64,000 nucleotides of DNA from Neocallimastix sp. 'constans' (Eukaryota), in contig JBODTK010000015.1 in assembly GCA_050613775.1 (NCBI GenBank), forward strand, positions 62,001-126,000. The letters run 5' to 3'. The stretch's first letter is position 1; every line of letters starts with the position of its first letter. Of the stretch, positions 10,495-24,767 are shown piece by piece. The translations under genes and the position numbers were made by a program. Below the pieces are notes generated by a model that worked only from the letters and a program-made list of their open reading frames with translations, did not search any database and was not told the DNA's origin.

Positions 10495-13400
10495 ATTATG
10501 GGAGTAAGCAATCTCCCAAAATAACTAAAATTGCATCATCAAATCAATCAATAAATTACCTTAATAACGAAAATAATCAAATCCCTCAAATTAATGTAGC
10601 CCAGAAAAAGAAAGTGCCTACAAGTACTTTGGATAAGAATAAAATCTCTCAAAATAATAAAAGTATAGTTAAACCATCCATTCTCAATCAACCAAATATT
10701 AAGAAAGTTAAACAATAAAAGAAAGCAATTAGGAATACAAGAAGAAGAAAAATAAGTGAAGAACTTAATAATGAAAAACAAAATGACCATGAATTAAATG
10801 ATAATGAGGAAATTATTATTGATGAACCATATAATACAAAGGAAAATACAAAAGATTCTGAAATGAAAAATAATTCAGAAATCAATAATGGAAATAATAA
10901 TGAAAGTAATAATGGAAATAATAAAAATAATGTAATTAACATAATTGATGAACATAGAAAAATAAATAATGAAAATAATACCAAAGACGTTCTAACACAT
11001 AGTCAATCTCTCAGTCAAACTAAACAAACCAGAAAAAGAAGTATGACAGATATACAAATGTTAGAATCAGGTAATAAATTTAGTATAATTAAGGAAGCCA
11101 ACAACTTGTTTCCGAAAATTAGTCTTGCACAATTACTTTCTATTAGTCCTACTCTTAGGAAGGAATTAGGACAAGGATGTAAGCCAAAAATAGATAATGT
11201 ATTATGCTCTCTTTATAATATTCCTATCCCAATCTTTATTGGAAAAACGAAAGAAGTATTTTTAAAAATTCTTTACGATACAGGAGCAAATGTAAATGTT
11301 ATAACAACAGGATGTTTAAATAAATTTAATGATGTGAAAATTGAAGAAGATATAATAGAACAAAATATTACTTTAGCAAATGGATCTACAGTACCTACTA
11401 AATACTATGTTCCATTGAAAATTAACATTAATGATTCTTGCAACATTTATGAAAAATTTTATATTATAAATCAAGATAATCCATACTTTGATATTATTTT
11501 TGGAAGAAGTATCCAAAAGAAATATAGATTACTTATTGATCCAGATGATGATTTCATATATCAGAAAACAAGAAAAGGTCTTAAAAAGATAATCCAGATA
11601 ATTAACTCAAATAACACAAATAATATTCCCTTAATGAATGCTATTTATGTATCTAAAGAAGATGAAGAAATTCGTGAATTTAACTCTACCTTAAACGAAA
11701 TTCTCAATTCTGTTCCAGATAAAGTTAAATCAAAATTTGAAAGTCTTATTAATCAATACAAAAATTGTATGGCAACATCACTAAGTCAGCTAACAACTGC
11801 TAACCTTGAACCACATTCAATAATTACTACTACGGAAAAACCTATTAAGCTAAAACCTTATAAATTATCAAAAGAGCATTCTGATATTCTAAAAGAAGAA
11901 ATTATATCCTTACTTAATAAAGGCTTAATTATTCCCTCGCATTCTCCTTGGTCATTTCCTGTTTTATTAGTCAGAAAGAAAAATGGGAAATGGAGACTAT
12001 GTATAGATTACAGAAGGCTTAATGAAATCACTATTAAAGATTCATATGCACTTCCTTTCATCGATGAACTTGTCTCTTCAGTTAGAGGTGCTAAAATATT
12101 TTCAGCCCTTGACTTATATTCGGGTTATCACCAAATCCCAATGAATCCCAGAGATATCGAAAAAACTTCTTTCACAACAAAATTTGGAAACTATAATTTT
12201 GTTGTTATGCCTTTCGGTTTAACTAATGCTCCCGCTACCTTTCAAAGGGAGATGAACAGAATCCTTTTACCCCTCATTGGTAAATGCTTATTCGTTTACA
12301 TCGATGACATAGTTGTATATTCTACTTCTATTGAAAAACATCTTGAACATTTAAAACAAGTATTTGAAATATTCTCCAAGTATAATCTCTCCCTCAATCT
12401 TCAAAAATGCAAATTTTTCCAAGAATCAATTGAAGTCTTAGGTCATGTTCTTACCCCTAATGGTTTAAAAACTGTTCCTTCTAAAGTTCAAAGTATAGCC
12501 CTTTGGGAAGCTCCCAAAAATGTTAATGAACTCAGGTCTTTCCTTGGTCTTGCTAGTTATTACAGAAAATTTATACAAAATTTCTCTATTAGAGCTGACT
12601 CTCTTTTTAAACTTCTTAAGAAAAATCAACCATATATATGGACTTCTGATCATAATGAAGCTTTTGAAGACATACGTCACTGTTTATTGTCTGACCCTAT
12701 ATTATGTTATCCTGACTTTGATAAAGAATTTATTGTTAGAACAGACGCCTCTACTCATGGTATCGGTGCTGTCCTCTTACAGGTGGAGGAAGACAAATTG
12801 GAACACCCAATTTGTTGTGTAAGTCGTACTTTATCACCTCCAGAAAGAAATTACTCTGTAACTGATCTTGAAGGTTTGGCTATTAATTACGCAATCCAAA
12901 AATTCCGTCAGAACTTAATTAGTAACAAGAAACCAACTATATTCATTACGGATCATAAACCACTCTTAGGATTTTACAAAAATACTATTCCAAATAAAGG
13001 AAGACACATGCGTTGGATAGAAGAATTTAGCAAATATAAAATTGAACTAAAATATGAAAAAGGAAAGAAAAATGTTTTCGCAGACGCTCTTTCAAGACTA
13101 CCTTCAAAAGACAGCGAAGATATTATAAAATGTATTAATACAATTTTAGCTGATCTTAATCCAAAAGATTTAAACCTACCAGAAGGAATAATCAAATACT
13201 TCACTAAGAATTATCAAGTTGTTGATAACATCTTATATTATAAGAAAGATGATACTTATTTAAAAGTTATCTACCGTGATGAAGACAAAAAGGATATAAT
13301 TAATCGTGCTCATTCTGTAGGACATGAAGGAGCCGAAAAAACTGTAAACAGAATACTAAATTCATATTATTGGCCCGGCATTTGGAATGACGTTAGGATG

Positions 13401-14360
13401 TGGATCAAATCTTGCAGAAAATGTCAACTTTGTAGACCAAAACCAATCCCGAAAAACACTGCAGATAATGTAACACCAGTTGAACAACCATTTACTCGTG
13501 TTGGACTTGATACGATTGGTCCTCTTCCAATTACTAAAAATGGAAATATGTATATTATTACATTGGTTGACTACTTCACAAAATGGGTTGAAGCTAAAGC
13601 CATTCCAAACACAAAGACTGAAGAAGTTATAAAATTTTTAACTGAAGTTATATCAAGACATGGTCCTCCAGAAATAATTGTTACAGATAATGGAAGTTCG
13701 TTCGCATCAGATATTACTAAAATGATGATCGATCTTTATGGGTCATGGGTGCACTTTGTATCTCCACATCATCCAGAATCAAATGGTATGATTGAAAACC
13801 GTAATAGAGAAGTAGAGAAAATTTTAAGACTCTTAGTTGAAAACGAAAGTGAATGGGATGAATATTTACCATCCGCACTTTGGGCTCTTAGAACAACAAA
13901 AAATTCCAAAACAAAATTTAGCAGCTTTGAATTACTTTATGGGAGAAAAGACACCTGGCCATTAGAAGTAATGTTTCCAGATATTTACAAAGATCCAAAT
14001 GAAACAGATGAAGAATATATTTTTAGAAAATTCCTAAGACATCAGAATTGGGTGAAACAAGCAACAGAATATTCGGATTACGCAAATCAATATTGGGAAC
14101 ATCGCATTGGACTATCGAAATCACTAAAGAAAAATTATAAACCCGGAGATTATGTGATGATAAGATTAATTGGAAGAAGTAAGTTAAATCCTTACTTTTA
14201 TGGACCATATAAAGTAGTTAACAAACAAAAATTCAATACAGTTGTCCTCGAGGATCCTCAAACAGGAAAACTTCTTGATCGAAATGTACATATTAAAAAT
14301 GTTTTTCCTTATATCATTCCAGAAAAAGAATTAACTTCAAGGGACGAAGTTCAATCTTAA
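10485..14360 (+). CDS. pol: Pol of element 2, -1 frame, with one in-frame TAA at 10716-10718
   Basis: ORFs 10482-10718 and 10863-14360 are in the same frame with no other stop between; LYDTGA, YIDD, TDAS, HHCC, TDNG, GPY. Confidence 0.92.
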
Positions 14361-14883
14361 CCGCCGAGGAATTGATAAATAACAAAATTAATAAATCTTA
14401 AAAATATATTATACATAAAATCGAAACTAACCTTAGCCAAGTTTAATAATAATTTAATAAAATAAAAAAAAAAAAAAAAAAATTTAAAAATTAATTAATT
14501 AATTAATTAAATAAAACAAATAAATTACACTTAAAAATTACATTAATACTCAGATATGAAAGAAATATTATATATTTTTCAAAATAAAAATATTAAGATT
14601 AAATTTAAAATAAAATAATTAATTTTTATAATTAGTTTTATAATAATTTTTATAATTAATTTTATAATTAAATAATATTTTTATAATAACAAAATTAATT
14701 AATTTAAATAACAAAATATTTTTAATTATTTTTATAATAAACAAATTTATTTATTTTATTATTAATTATTTATTTTATTATTAATTTTATTACTTTTATT
14801 TTATTTAATTATTCTTTTTATTTATAAATTATAAATAGTTTAATTTTAAAGAAAAATATAAATACTTGTAAATATTTCATGTA

Positions 14884-14915
<32 letters not shown>

Positions 14916-15152
14916 ATTTTATAATTTTAATAATCACTTTTAATTTTTATAATGTTTAATAAATTTCAATAAAAGATTTATAAAATAAAATATTAGAAAA
15001 CAAGTGTTCTAATAAATCAAATTTTTAGTGTTATTTTTAATAAAACATTTTTAATTCATAAATAACTTATACAGTTATTATTAAAATAAATTGAAATTAT
15101 CACTTTTTAATTCTATATTAAAATTAAGATAATTTCTAAAATTTATCAGCTT

Positions 15153-16194
15153 TGATAAATAACAAAATTATTAAATTAAAATAAATAATAAAAAACAAAT
15201 TCATGTTAAAGTTTTCTAGCTTAACCCAAAAATTAATCCATTCTAAAAAAAATTAAATCCATATTTAAGAAAAATTAATTAAATAAAGATAATTAAAATA
15301 AAATAATAATAAATTAATTAATCATTAATAATTTTAATTAAAAACTAAAATAAATTAATAAATAATATTTTTCTAAGACTCCAAATAAACAAAATAATAA
15401 ACAAATTTAATAAATTATAAATAACAAATAAACAAACTTATAAACATCGCAAAATTAAAATTAGATAGTTAAATAATTTTTTAAGTTACTTTTATTTAAA
15501 ATAATGATTATTTTATTTATTTTATAACTCAACTTTTATAAACAAATTGTAATTAAAATAACATTTTAAAACTCATCTTTATCAACATTTTATTTGTAAA
15601 TATTGTTTAATTTAATAATAAATTATTCTTTATTTCTCTTTTATTAATTTTATTATTTTTAATGTAAATAGTTTAAAATCAAAGAAAAATATAAAAACAT
15701 GTAAATATTTCTTATAAATTATTCTTTATTATTAATTATTTAATAAATTATTATAAATATTTTATTAGTTTTAATAATCAAAAAGTATGATTATTAATTA
15801 TTTAATAAATTATTATAGATATTTTATTAGTTTTTAATAATCAATTTTTATGATTATTAATTATTTTGATAAATTATTATATATTTTATTAGTTATTAAT
15901 AATCAATTTTATTATTAAAATTTAAAATAAATTAGTATAAATAATAAATATTTCATTTTATTATTTTATTAGTTTTTAACAATTATTTTATTAATTTAAA
16001 CAAAATTAATTATTAAATAAATAAAGATTAATATTAAAATAAAAATAAATTTTTTTAATAAAACATTTTTGTGTTTAATAATAAAACATATTTATTTTTT
16101 TAAATTTCTTAAATCAATTTTATTCAGTATTTATCCTTTTATTCACTTCTACAAAATTTAATTTTTGTAGATTAAGAATATTAGGTATAAATCA
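15153..16194 (+). repeat. Solo LTR (TGATAAAT...ATAAATCA) abutting element 2
   Basis: Starts right after TSD GCTT; inverted homolog at 60562-61540. Confidence 0.8.
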
Positions 16195-16200
16195 ACTTCA

Positions 16201-17395
16201 TGATAAAAGATGAAATTTATAATTTAAAATTAATTAATAAACTAAAATTAATAATTTATAATAATAATTTACTAAACTATAAAATTATAAATAATTATTA
16301 TAAAAAGTTAGTATTTTCAAATAAAATTTTAAGATTAATAAAAGAACAATGTAAATTTAAATAATTAATATAGAAATTAAATTTAAATAATTTTATTATG
16401 TAAAATATATTTTATTACATAAATATTTGTTATTATTTGATATAATTAGTAAATAGTTATTTTACTTTAAAGACTTAAAACTAATTCTTTTTTTTTAAAA
16501 TAGAAAATAAGACTTTAAATAGAATTAAAATAGTAATACTTTTTCTTTTTTTAATATTTCTAAAAGATATAAATAGTAATTAAATTAGATAGTTAATTAT
16601 ATAGCTTAATCTTAACGAAAATTATAAAAACATGTAATAATTCTTATTTAAAAGAACAACATTTTTGTTAACATTTTTGTTTATCAAAACTTGTTCAATA
16701 AATACTTATTTTATCTTATTTAAATTTAAAAGTATTTATTTAATATTATAAATTTAAAATTTAATAAAAATTAATATTTAAAAATTAAATAAAATTTATG
16801 TATTAAAATAACTTCATTGTTTCTAATAAATCAATTTTAAAAAGTTTTATAATAAAATATATTTTAATTATCTTAAAATTTATAACTTTGATAAAGAGTT
16901 ATTAATAAACTAAAGTAAGTTATTAATAATTTCTTATCAAATTTTGGTGGAGAATCCTAAAAAACGGCCGGTGAAGGTTATGTATTATTTTCAAATAGTG
17001 GTAAGATATTTGAAAATTAATTATATGAAATAAAGTTAATATAAAATTTACTGTTATAGTTTAAATCTAACTAAAATAACTATAAACTAAAAATTAAATT
17101 TAACGATCTAAATATATTGAAATACATTATTGAAATATATTTAGTAAATTACTACACATATTAATTAATAGAAAATAATTATATTGTTAAAATATAATAG
17201 TATAATATTATATAATATATTAAAAAAAAAAAAAAAAATAAAAAAAAAAAATAAAAAAAAAAAATATAAAATTAATTTTATAATAAATATTATAAATAAA
17301 TTAAAAATATTCTATTCAAAAATTGAAAATATATATATAGAATAAATATATATAAATAATATAATAGTAAATATCAAAATAATTAAATAAAAATA

Positions 17396-17433
<38 letters not shown>

Positions 17434-17647
17434 TATATATATAATAATATTAAAATAATAATATAATATTTAAAATAATTTAAAATAATTTAAAATAATA
17501 TTTAAATAATTTAAAATAACTTCATTGTTTCTAATAAATCAATTTTAAAAAGTTTTATAATAAAATATATTTTAATTATCTTAAAATTTATAACTTTGAT
17601 AAAGAGTTATTAATAAACTAAAGTAAGTTATTAATAATTTCTTATCA
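16201..17647 (+). mobile_element. Internally deleted LTR element: 5' LTR, PBS, leader and last ~136 bp of the 3' LTR
   Basis: LTR 16201-16939; TGGTGGAGAATCC at 16945; LTR end repeated at ~17512-17647; TSD TTCA at 16197-16200 and 17648-17651. Confidence 0.85.
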
Positions 17648-19433
17648 TTCAATGTTAAGGAATGAACAAATAATGTTAATTTTATTATTTTTCATAAAAA
17701 TAACTTAACCACTAAAATTAAATTATTTATTTCCTTACTTGGGGAACTTTCTTATGTTCTATTACAGCCAAATTATTACTAATATTAAATTTATTATTAT
17801 TAATATAAATTCTTTATTAATATCAATACTTTATTATTAAAATTAATACTATATTATTAATATCAATATTATTATCAATATCTAGTTTTATTAATATGAT
17901 TTATTCTATCAATATTTTATTATTAAAGAAAATTTTATTTTACAAATATTACTAATACAGATTATTTATTATTAATAAAAATTAATATAATTAATAATGA
18001 TTTAAAAATATTTTACTTAAATCCATGATCCTTGTCATTAAAATTAGTAATACTTCCTAAATAATACTCTATTACTAATAGTTCTGTAAAAGTAATAAAA
18101 TTATTTTTAAAATATATTATCACTACAATTAATAATAAATAGTTTAGAATTTAATAATATGTAATAATTATTTATTATAATAGAATAGATTATGAATTTA
18201 TAATTTAAATACAATTCAAACATGTAACTCTAAGATATTCTAAAGAAATGGCTTGACCATTTCTAACGATAAAAAAAAAAAATATAAATAGATGAGAAAA
18301 TTGTATTTTAGAAAAATAATCTGAAAAAAAAATATAATCTTATTAAAGAAATTAATTTATTTTTAGTTTTTAATTGAATAATTTTTATTAAATAAATAAA
18401 TAAATAAAATATTTTAAAAAAAAGATATATTTTAATTTTTAATTTTTTTTATTTTAGTGTTTATTTCTATATTTATTATTATTCTGTCCCGAACCTCAAC
18501 ATAAAAAGTGGTGGAGATATCGGGGAAGTTAATAATCGTAAATATAGAGTAAACAATAATAGGATAGTAATATTTCTAATAAAACAATTTTTTTTTGTTA
18601 ATTTTTTTTTTAATATTAAAGTGATAGGTAAGCAATTACCGGTGAAGCTTTAATAAAATAAAATTTATTGGAAACATATAAAAAGGGATTTAGTACGGTT
18701 TAGAAGCATACCTAGTACTAAAATTCCAACAGTAGGTAGTTTCCGGATTAATTTATCTCAAGAATTGAAAGGTCATTCTTGAGCTCTGGTCGTTCTGTTT
18801 ATTTGAAAGCAGAAGCGTCTGGTTTGATTACTACATGACACCGTAATAGGCAAGCTGTGGTAATTCAAGCACTACATACCTACTTTTTAGTACTGGATAT
18901 GGAAAATTCCAGGAAATGCTCTTTTTATATGTATATTATTCCATAAAATTTTTTTTTTTGTTCTAATAAATCATATTTTATTTTTTTTTAGTTGTTTACA
19001 AATAATATTTTTATTTTTAAATTTTATTTGAGTTATATCAAAGTCGTCTTACGATCAACTCAGAAAAAGTTTCCTACCACATTGCCAATTGATAATAACA
19101 AAAGCACACAACAACACCATTAATTCGAAGAGTTTATTACATTAAAATTTTTTTTTTTGAAAGTAAAGAACAATACAATTATCAAGATATATTTAGGGGT
19201 TATCACTACACTAGTTTATATCTATATATTATTCTTTTCAGATATATTTGGGGGTCAGTGTAACACTAGTTTATATCTTCAATAGTATATTTGGTTGTCA
19301 TTGGACTTTAGTTTATACTAGAATTATTAACTTCAAGAAAAATCTGATATTACTTCAGTCAATATTATTTATTAATTATTTTCAAACATTCATTTTGCTC
19401 AATTCTATTCTGTTACTTTCAATATTAGTTAAA

Positions 19434-20383
19434 ATGAGTTCAGGATCTTCTCCATCAACTTCAAATCCTTCAGTTCCAATTCCAACTGTTATAAACAAAA
19501 TCACGCTATTAGCTTTAGAGAACTCAAGAAAGAATTAAAAGACATAGAAAAACTAAGCAAAGAACATCTCGATATTAGATCTTGGGCTTCAGATTTAAAA
19601 TTTTGGATCAGATATCAGCATGTAGATGATCCAGAAACTATTTTTACGGCATGTATCTTAACTTCGACTGGTGAACCAAGAGAAGTAATTCAAAATATGG
19701 AATATGGCAAAAACTTTAGTGATGACGATGACGATGATGATGATGACGATGATGAAGATGATAGCGATGATGAAGAAGATAATCATTATCCAAGTCTTGA
19801 TGAAATTATTAATGAGTTAGAAACATTTTATGGAAAAAAAGAAGATCAAAACGTCTTGCTTAAGGAACTTCGCTCCTTAAAAATTAAAAAGTATGAAAAA
19901 GTTAAAGATTTTAACATTCGCTATCGATCACTCTATTTAAAACTCGATAAAAAGAGGAAAAGAAGAATTAGTGTATTGGATTATGCTGATTCTTTGAAAA
20001 ATAATAAAGAAGCCTGGAAAAAGGTTTCACTCAAGGATGACATTTCTTTAAAGAAAGCATTTGCAATAGCTGAAAAAGTAGATAGATTGATGCCTACCTT
20101 TAACCAAGAAATAAACGAAAATTTTAGAACAAATTTCAACAATTCTTATAAATCATCAAATTTTAATAACAACCAATCTAAAGGAAAAGTATTTAATGAT
20201 TCAAAAATAAAGAAAAAAGATTCAACTGTTGATAACTTAACTAAAAGAATAAAAGGTTTAACTGTTAGTACCTGTTTCTTTTGTAGTGAAGAAGGTCATT
20301 TTCAAACCGAATGTCCAAAACTTAATGCTATTATCAAAAAGAATCGTCAGGAATACTTCGAAAACAAACGTTTAAATCACTAA
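19434..20383 (+). pseudogene. gag: Gag of element 3, frameshifted near 19510
   Basis: Homologous to element 4 Gag (KKELKDIEK); poly-Asp tract; CFFCSEEGHFQTEC. Confidence 0.82.
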
Positions 20384-22725
20384 AAGGGAGAAGAAGCACT
20401 CCCATTGTCAATAAAATAGCTTCCGTTAAATATCAACAATCTTCAGCTAATGACTACTTCCATGAAGAAATAGAAGATCAAAAAAAAAGTTATGAATTAT
20501 CTGAGGATGAAATTGAAGAAGAAGACATCAATGATTTAGAAGATATTGACTTAATTCAAGATGAAAACGACTACTTGGTTGCTGTTTTTAAAAGAAAGCG
20601 TGATAACATTAGTAAAGATCATAAAGGTAATCAAGAAAAGAAAATTCACAAAAGTCTTAGAGATAATCCTCGACCAATTGTTACTCCAGCTTTGCGAAAG
20701 AAGAAAGAAAATGAATTGAAAGTTAATCCAACTCCAAAACAAACATCAAGTCAGATACATCCTTCGATAATGTCACAGCCCTTAATCAATCTCGAAAAAC
20801 AAAAAGAAAAAGAAATTCGTGATAAAGAACGTGCTAGTACTTCTCAATCACCTATGGAAATTACTGATATAGATTTATCTAATCGCAGAAAAGAAAAAGA
20901 AAAAGGAAAAGAGGTTAGTGATACAGAACTTGCATCTACTTCCACCTCGCCCATTGAAATTGTTGATATTGATGAAACAGATCATATTATTTCTAATAAT
21001 GATGAAAATAGTATTCCAAATAATACATTAAATAAACTCATTAATGATAAACTAAAAGTAAATAAACTTCCTGGAAACAAAATTCCTAGAGTTCCAAGAA
21101 AGATCCAAATGATAGCTGATCATCTACCTTACAATGTTATTAAAGACTTAAATACTACTAAATGTAATATTACCTTTGGAGAATTATTTGAAGTATCACC
21201 AAAAATCAGATCTCAAGTTGCAAAAGGTTTAAAGTTAGAAAAAGATTCTATTAAGATAGCCGGTGCCGTTGACAACATTTGTGCTTCTACTACTATAGTT
21301 AATAATCTTGATCACACTTATAAAAGTAAAAACAAAGAACCCAAAGAAGATGATATAGCCATGGTCGACGTTACTGTTGAAGGAGTCAAAGGAAAAGCAT
21401 TGATTGATTCTTGTAGTAATTTAAATATTATTACTAATCAATTCCTTAGAAAGTTACCTTCTGTATATGAGCCTATTGGAATCAGTCGTGGAAGAATCCG
21501 ACTAGCAACTATTAATGATGATTATTCGGAAGACTATTTAATCAATATTCCTGTACAAATTAATAATTTTCATATGGTTGCTACATGTAGAGTTATAGAT
21601 AAAGAAGATCCTTTCTTTGATATTTTTATTAACTTGAAAACTCAAATAGATCATAAATTGTTTATTCATCCTATTCTTTATAGTCTTTGCCAATTCAATG
21701 ATAATGGATCGGTTGAAGAAATTGCTCCTATAAACAATCAATATGAAAATGAAGAAAAACTAGTTTGTTTTGTAAAAGCTATTTCTAATGAATCTATTAA
21801 GAAAGAACTTAAGAAAATGGAAGGTCTTCCTCCTCGAGAATATATTCATAACGAAAAATTTATCAATACTCTTAATAAAAAGTATCGAGATCAAATAATT
21901 AAACTTTTAGAAGATAATATAGTTATAATTGCGACCTCTTCTGAAGAATTAACACCTTCGAACTTATCTCCACATAAAATTCACCTTAAACCTGGTGCTA
22001 GGCCAATTAAACAAAAATTTTATAGAATCTCAAAACTAAAAACAGATATTCTTAAAGAAGAACTTACTAAATTAATAAATAAAAGACTTATTGAACCATC
22101 ATGTTCAGAATGGTCTTCGCCTGTTGTTCTTGTTCCTAAACCAAATGGTAAATGGAGAATGTGTGTTGACTATAGAAAAGTCAATGATGCTACTATAAAG
22201 GATTCATATTCTCTTCCAAATATTGATGAAATATTCGATAGTTTAGATGGTGCTATAATATTTACTACAATGGACCTTTACTCCGGATATCATCAAATAC
22301 TTATGGATGAAGAGCGCGTTGAAGTTACCAGTTTTACCACAAAATTCGGAAATTATCAATTCAAAGTCATGCCTTTCGGACTTACTAACGCTCCAGCAAC
22401 TTTCCAACGTGAGATGAACAAAATTCTCTTTCCTTTCATTGGTGATTTTGTTTTCAATTTCATTGACGATATCCTTATATACTCAAAATCTTTAGAAGAA
22501 CACCTCGAACATATTGCTAAAGTACTCGCTGTTTTCAAAGAACACAAACTTAAAATCAATATTGAAAAATGTTCGTTTATGCAAACAGAAGTTGAAGTCC
22601 TCGGTCACAAAGTATCTGCACAAGGTCTGAGCCCTCTTGATAGCAAGATTGAATCAATTAAAAATTAGAAACTTCCTTCAAACCTCCATGAATTACGGTC
22701 TTTCCTAGGGGCAATAGGTTATTAT
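20371..22725 (+). pseudogene. pol: Truncated pol of element 3 (protease and RT only)
   Basis: Frame open from T_TTA_AAT at 20371; LIDSCS, WRMCVDYR, FIDD; TAG at 22666-22668 where Trp is expected; no RNase H or integrase. Confidence 0.9.
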
Positions 22726-22757
22726 TATTTCTTGTTGAATAATCCTACTTAGGGCGT

Positions 22758-23460
22758 TGTTGAAATTATAACTGAATTGAAATCTCAATTTCAGTTATTT
22801 ACATTTCAATAATTAAAAATATTATTTATTTAATTATAAATAATATATATATTTAAATAATTAATAATTAATATAAATTCTTGTTTAATATTTAAAGGGT
22901 TATCTTAGGCCTAATAATTCTGAGAATATTAATAAATAAGGTTTATATTAATAATTAATTTCAATGATACATTTGACGTCACGTGTATTTTATTTATATT
23001 ATGTTTTTATATATGTTTACAACATATCTATATTAAATTCAATTATTCAAATTAATTATGTAATTAAATTTATCCTTATATTTTATTATTATTTATATTA
23101 CTATATTATTACTATCTTATAATTAAATATTATTATTATGTAACTTACAAAATATAAAAGAAAGATGTAAAAATCTATCTTTTATGTTCTTTGTAAGGTT
23201 ATTGTAAAATTACCTTAATAGTAATATATTATAGATATTTTATTATTAACAAATTTAAAATTAAATTAATTTGATAATTCTAATTATCAAAGTTTATTAT
23301 AAATAAATTTTTATTAAACTAAACATTTAAATATTTATTATTTTTATTATATATCTATATAGTATATTACTATATAGACATATCGACTTAGTGAATATTT
23401 TTTAATAAACCATATTATTTTATTTAAATTTAAACTATAAATTATATCAAAATCTTAACA
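22758..23460 (+). repeat. LTR of the TGTTGAAATT family with a short upstream PPT-like remnant
   Basis: Homologous to 50178-50913 and 48785-49493; preceded by TTAGGGCGT; ends TTAACA. Confidence 0.8.
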
Positions 23461-24119
23461 AAAAAACTTAATCCTTCAAATAAATTATTAATTAAATTAT
23501 TATATAAAATTGTTTTTCTTTATACTCATTGAACTCGTCTATATTTTAAAAATTCATTATTTTCACAAAATTATTAATAATTATTAGTGTATTTTAAAAT
23601 AATTTTATACATAATGATTCAAGAATAATATAATTATTTAATTATTAATTACATTAATAATATTAATTTATATTTATTATTAATATCTTAGTCTATTTAT
23701 CAATTTTAAATTTTAAATAACTCTTTTTTAAATAAATAATTTAAACAATAGATTTATTAATATTACTTATTTTTAAATTTTTAAATTGTTTAACTAAATT
23801 ATTCTACTAGAAATAGAATAGTTTTTTATGTTTATATACATTTTTTTCTTATTAAAAAGTAAAAAAAATTAGAGAATGTAAAAAAAATTTACAATAAAAC
23901 AAATATTATCTTAAATATAAAATCTTTTTCTTCTTTTTATTTTATATTTTTCTATCTTTTATAAATATATTTTAACTAATCAAAGTTTTAATATCATTTT
24001 TCAATAATTGTAATAAAAAAAAATTAAAAATAATAATGATTTTTTATATATATATATAAATTTATGAAAAATTGAAATTATTATAAAACGAATTAAAAAT
24101 AATAATTTAAAATTAAAAA
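23461..24119 (-). repeat. tRNA-Met downstream flank repeat, copy 2
   Basis: Closely matches ~7041-7740. Confidence 0.88.
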
Positions 24120-24192
24120 TGCGAAATGTGAGGTTCAAACTCACAACCTTAAGATTATGAGACTTACGCGCTGCCGACTGCGCCAACTTCGC
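24120..24192 (-). tRNA. tRNA-Met(CAT) copy with mutated T-loop/B box; probable pseudogene
   Basis: Three C-to-T changes relative to 56978-57050, including TTCG to TTTG in the T loop. Confidence 0.88.
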
Positions 24193-24203
24193 TTCCTCGA
24201 ATT

Positions 24204-24759
24204 AGTAAAAGGTAAGTTTATTATTAACTCAAATAACGAATGACAATTAAATCTAAAGACTAAGATAATTTAACACCTCTCTATTCGAGTTGTTAATAAT
24301 AAACACTAAATTAATTAATTCTATAACTATTATTTCTTATTACACTAGAATATAGTGCAGCACTTTATAACTCTATTTGTTATCAGTTACTGGGTTTACA
24401 CTGAGTAATATATTTTATTTAATAATTATATTTTATTTATTAATATTAATATTTATAATAACAATTTACGTTAATAGTAACGCTAGTGCGTTACAGTTAC
24501 AAGTTCAATTATTATTTATACATGTCAATAATATTATGATTGGTAAATAATTTAATTTAACTTAATTTACTAACCATTAAATAAAATATATTTAACTAAG
24601 TATTTAACTATATAATTAATTATAAAATAATAGAATTTAATGTACGAAATTAACAAAAGATTTTATTTGATTAGCCGAAATTGCTAGCTGTTTAGAGATA
24701 CGTTACGTAACCAAAGAACTATCATTGAATAGGCTTGAAGTTACCATGTATCTGTTACA
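24204..24759. repeat. Solo LTR (TGTAAAAGG family) 11 bp upstream of tRNA copy 2
   Basis: TSD GAATT at 24199-24203 and 24760-24764; homolog at 42162-42721; first base T changed to A. Confidence 0.85.
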
Positions 24760-24767
24760 GAATTTCG

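Larger units (their letters stand above)
7826..15148 (+). mobile_element. Full-length Ty3/Gypsy element 2, inserted 12 bp upstream of tRNA copy 1
   Basis: Near-identical LTRs 7826-8597 and 14373-15148 (TGATAAAT...ATTTATCA); TSD GCTT at 7822-7825 and 15149-15152; PBS, gag, pol. Confidence 0.96.
17653..22725 (+). mobile_element. 3'-truncated Ty3/Gypsy element 3
   Basis: LTR 17653-18501 preceded by TCAA; PBS TGGTGGAGATATCGGGGA (tRNA-Ala-like) at 18509; pol homology stops after RT (LRSFLGAIGYY). Confidence 0.9.

Noticed and set aside
24001..24186. 61-aa minus-strand ORF
   Set aside because: Translation through the tRNA copy and its flank.
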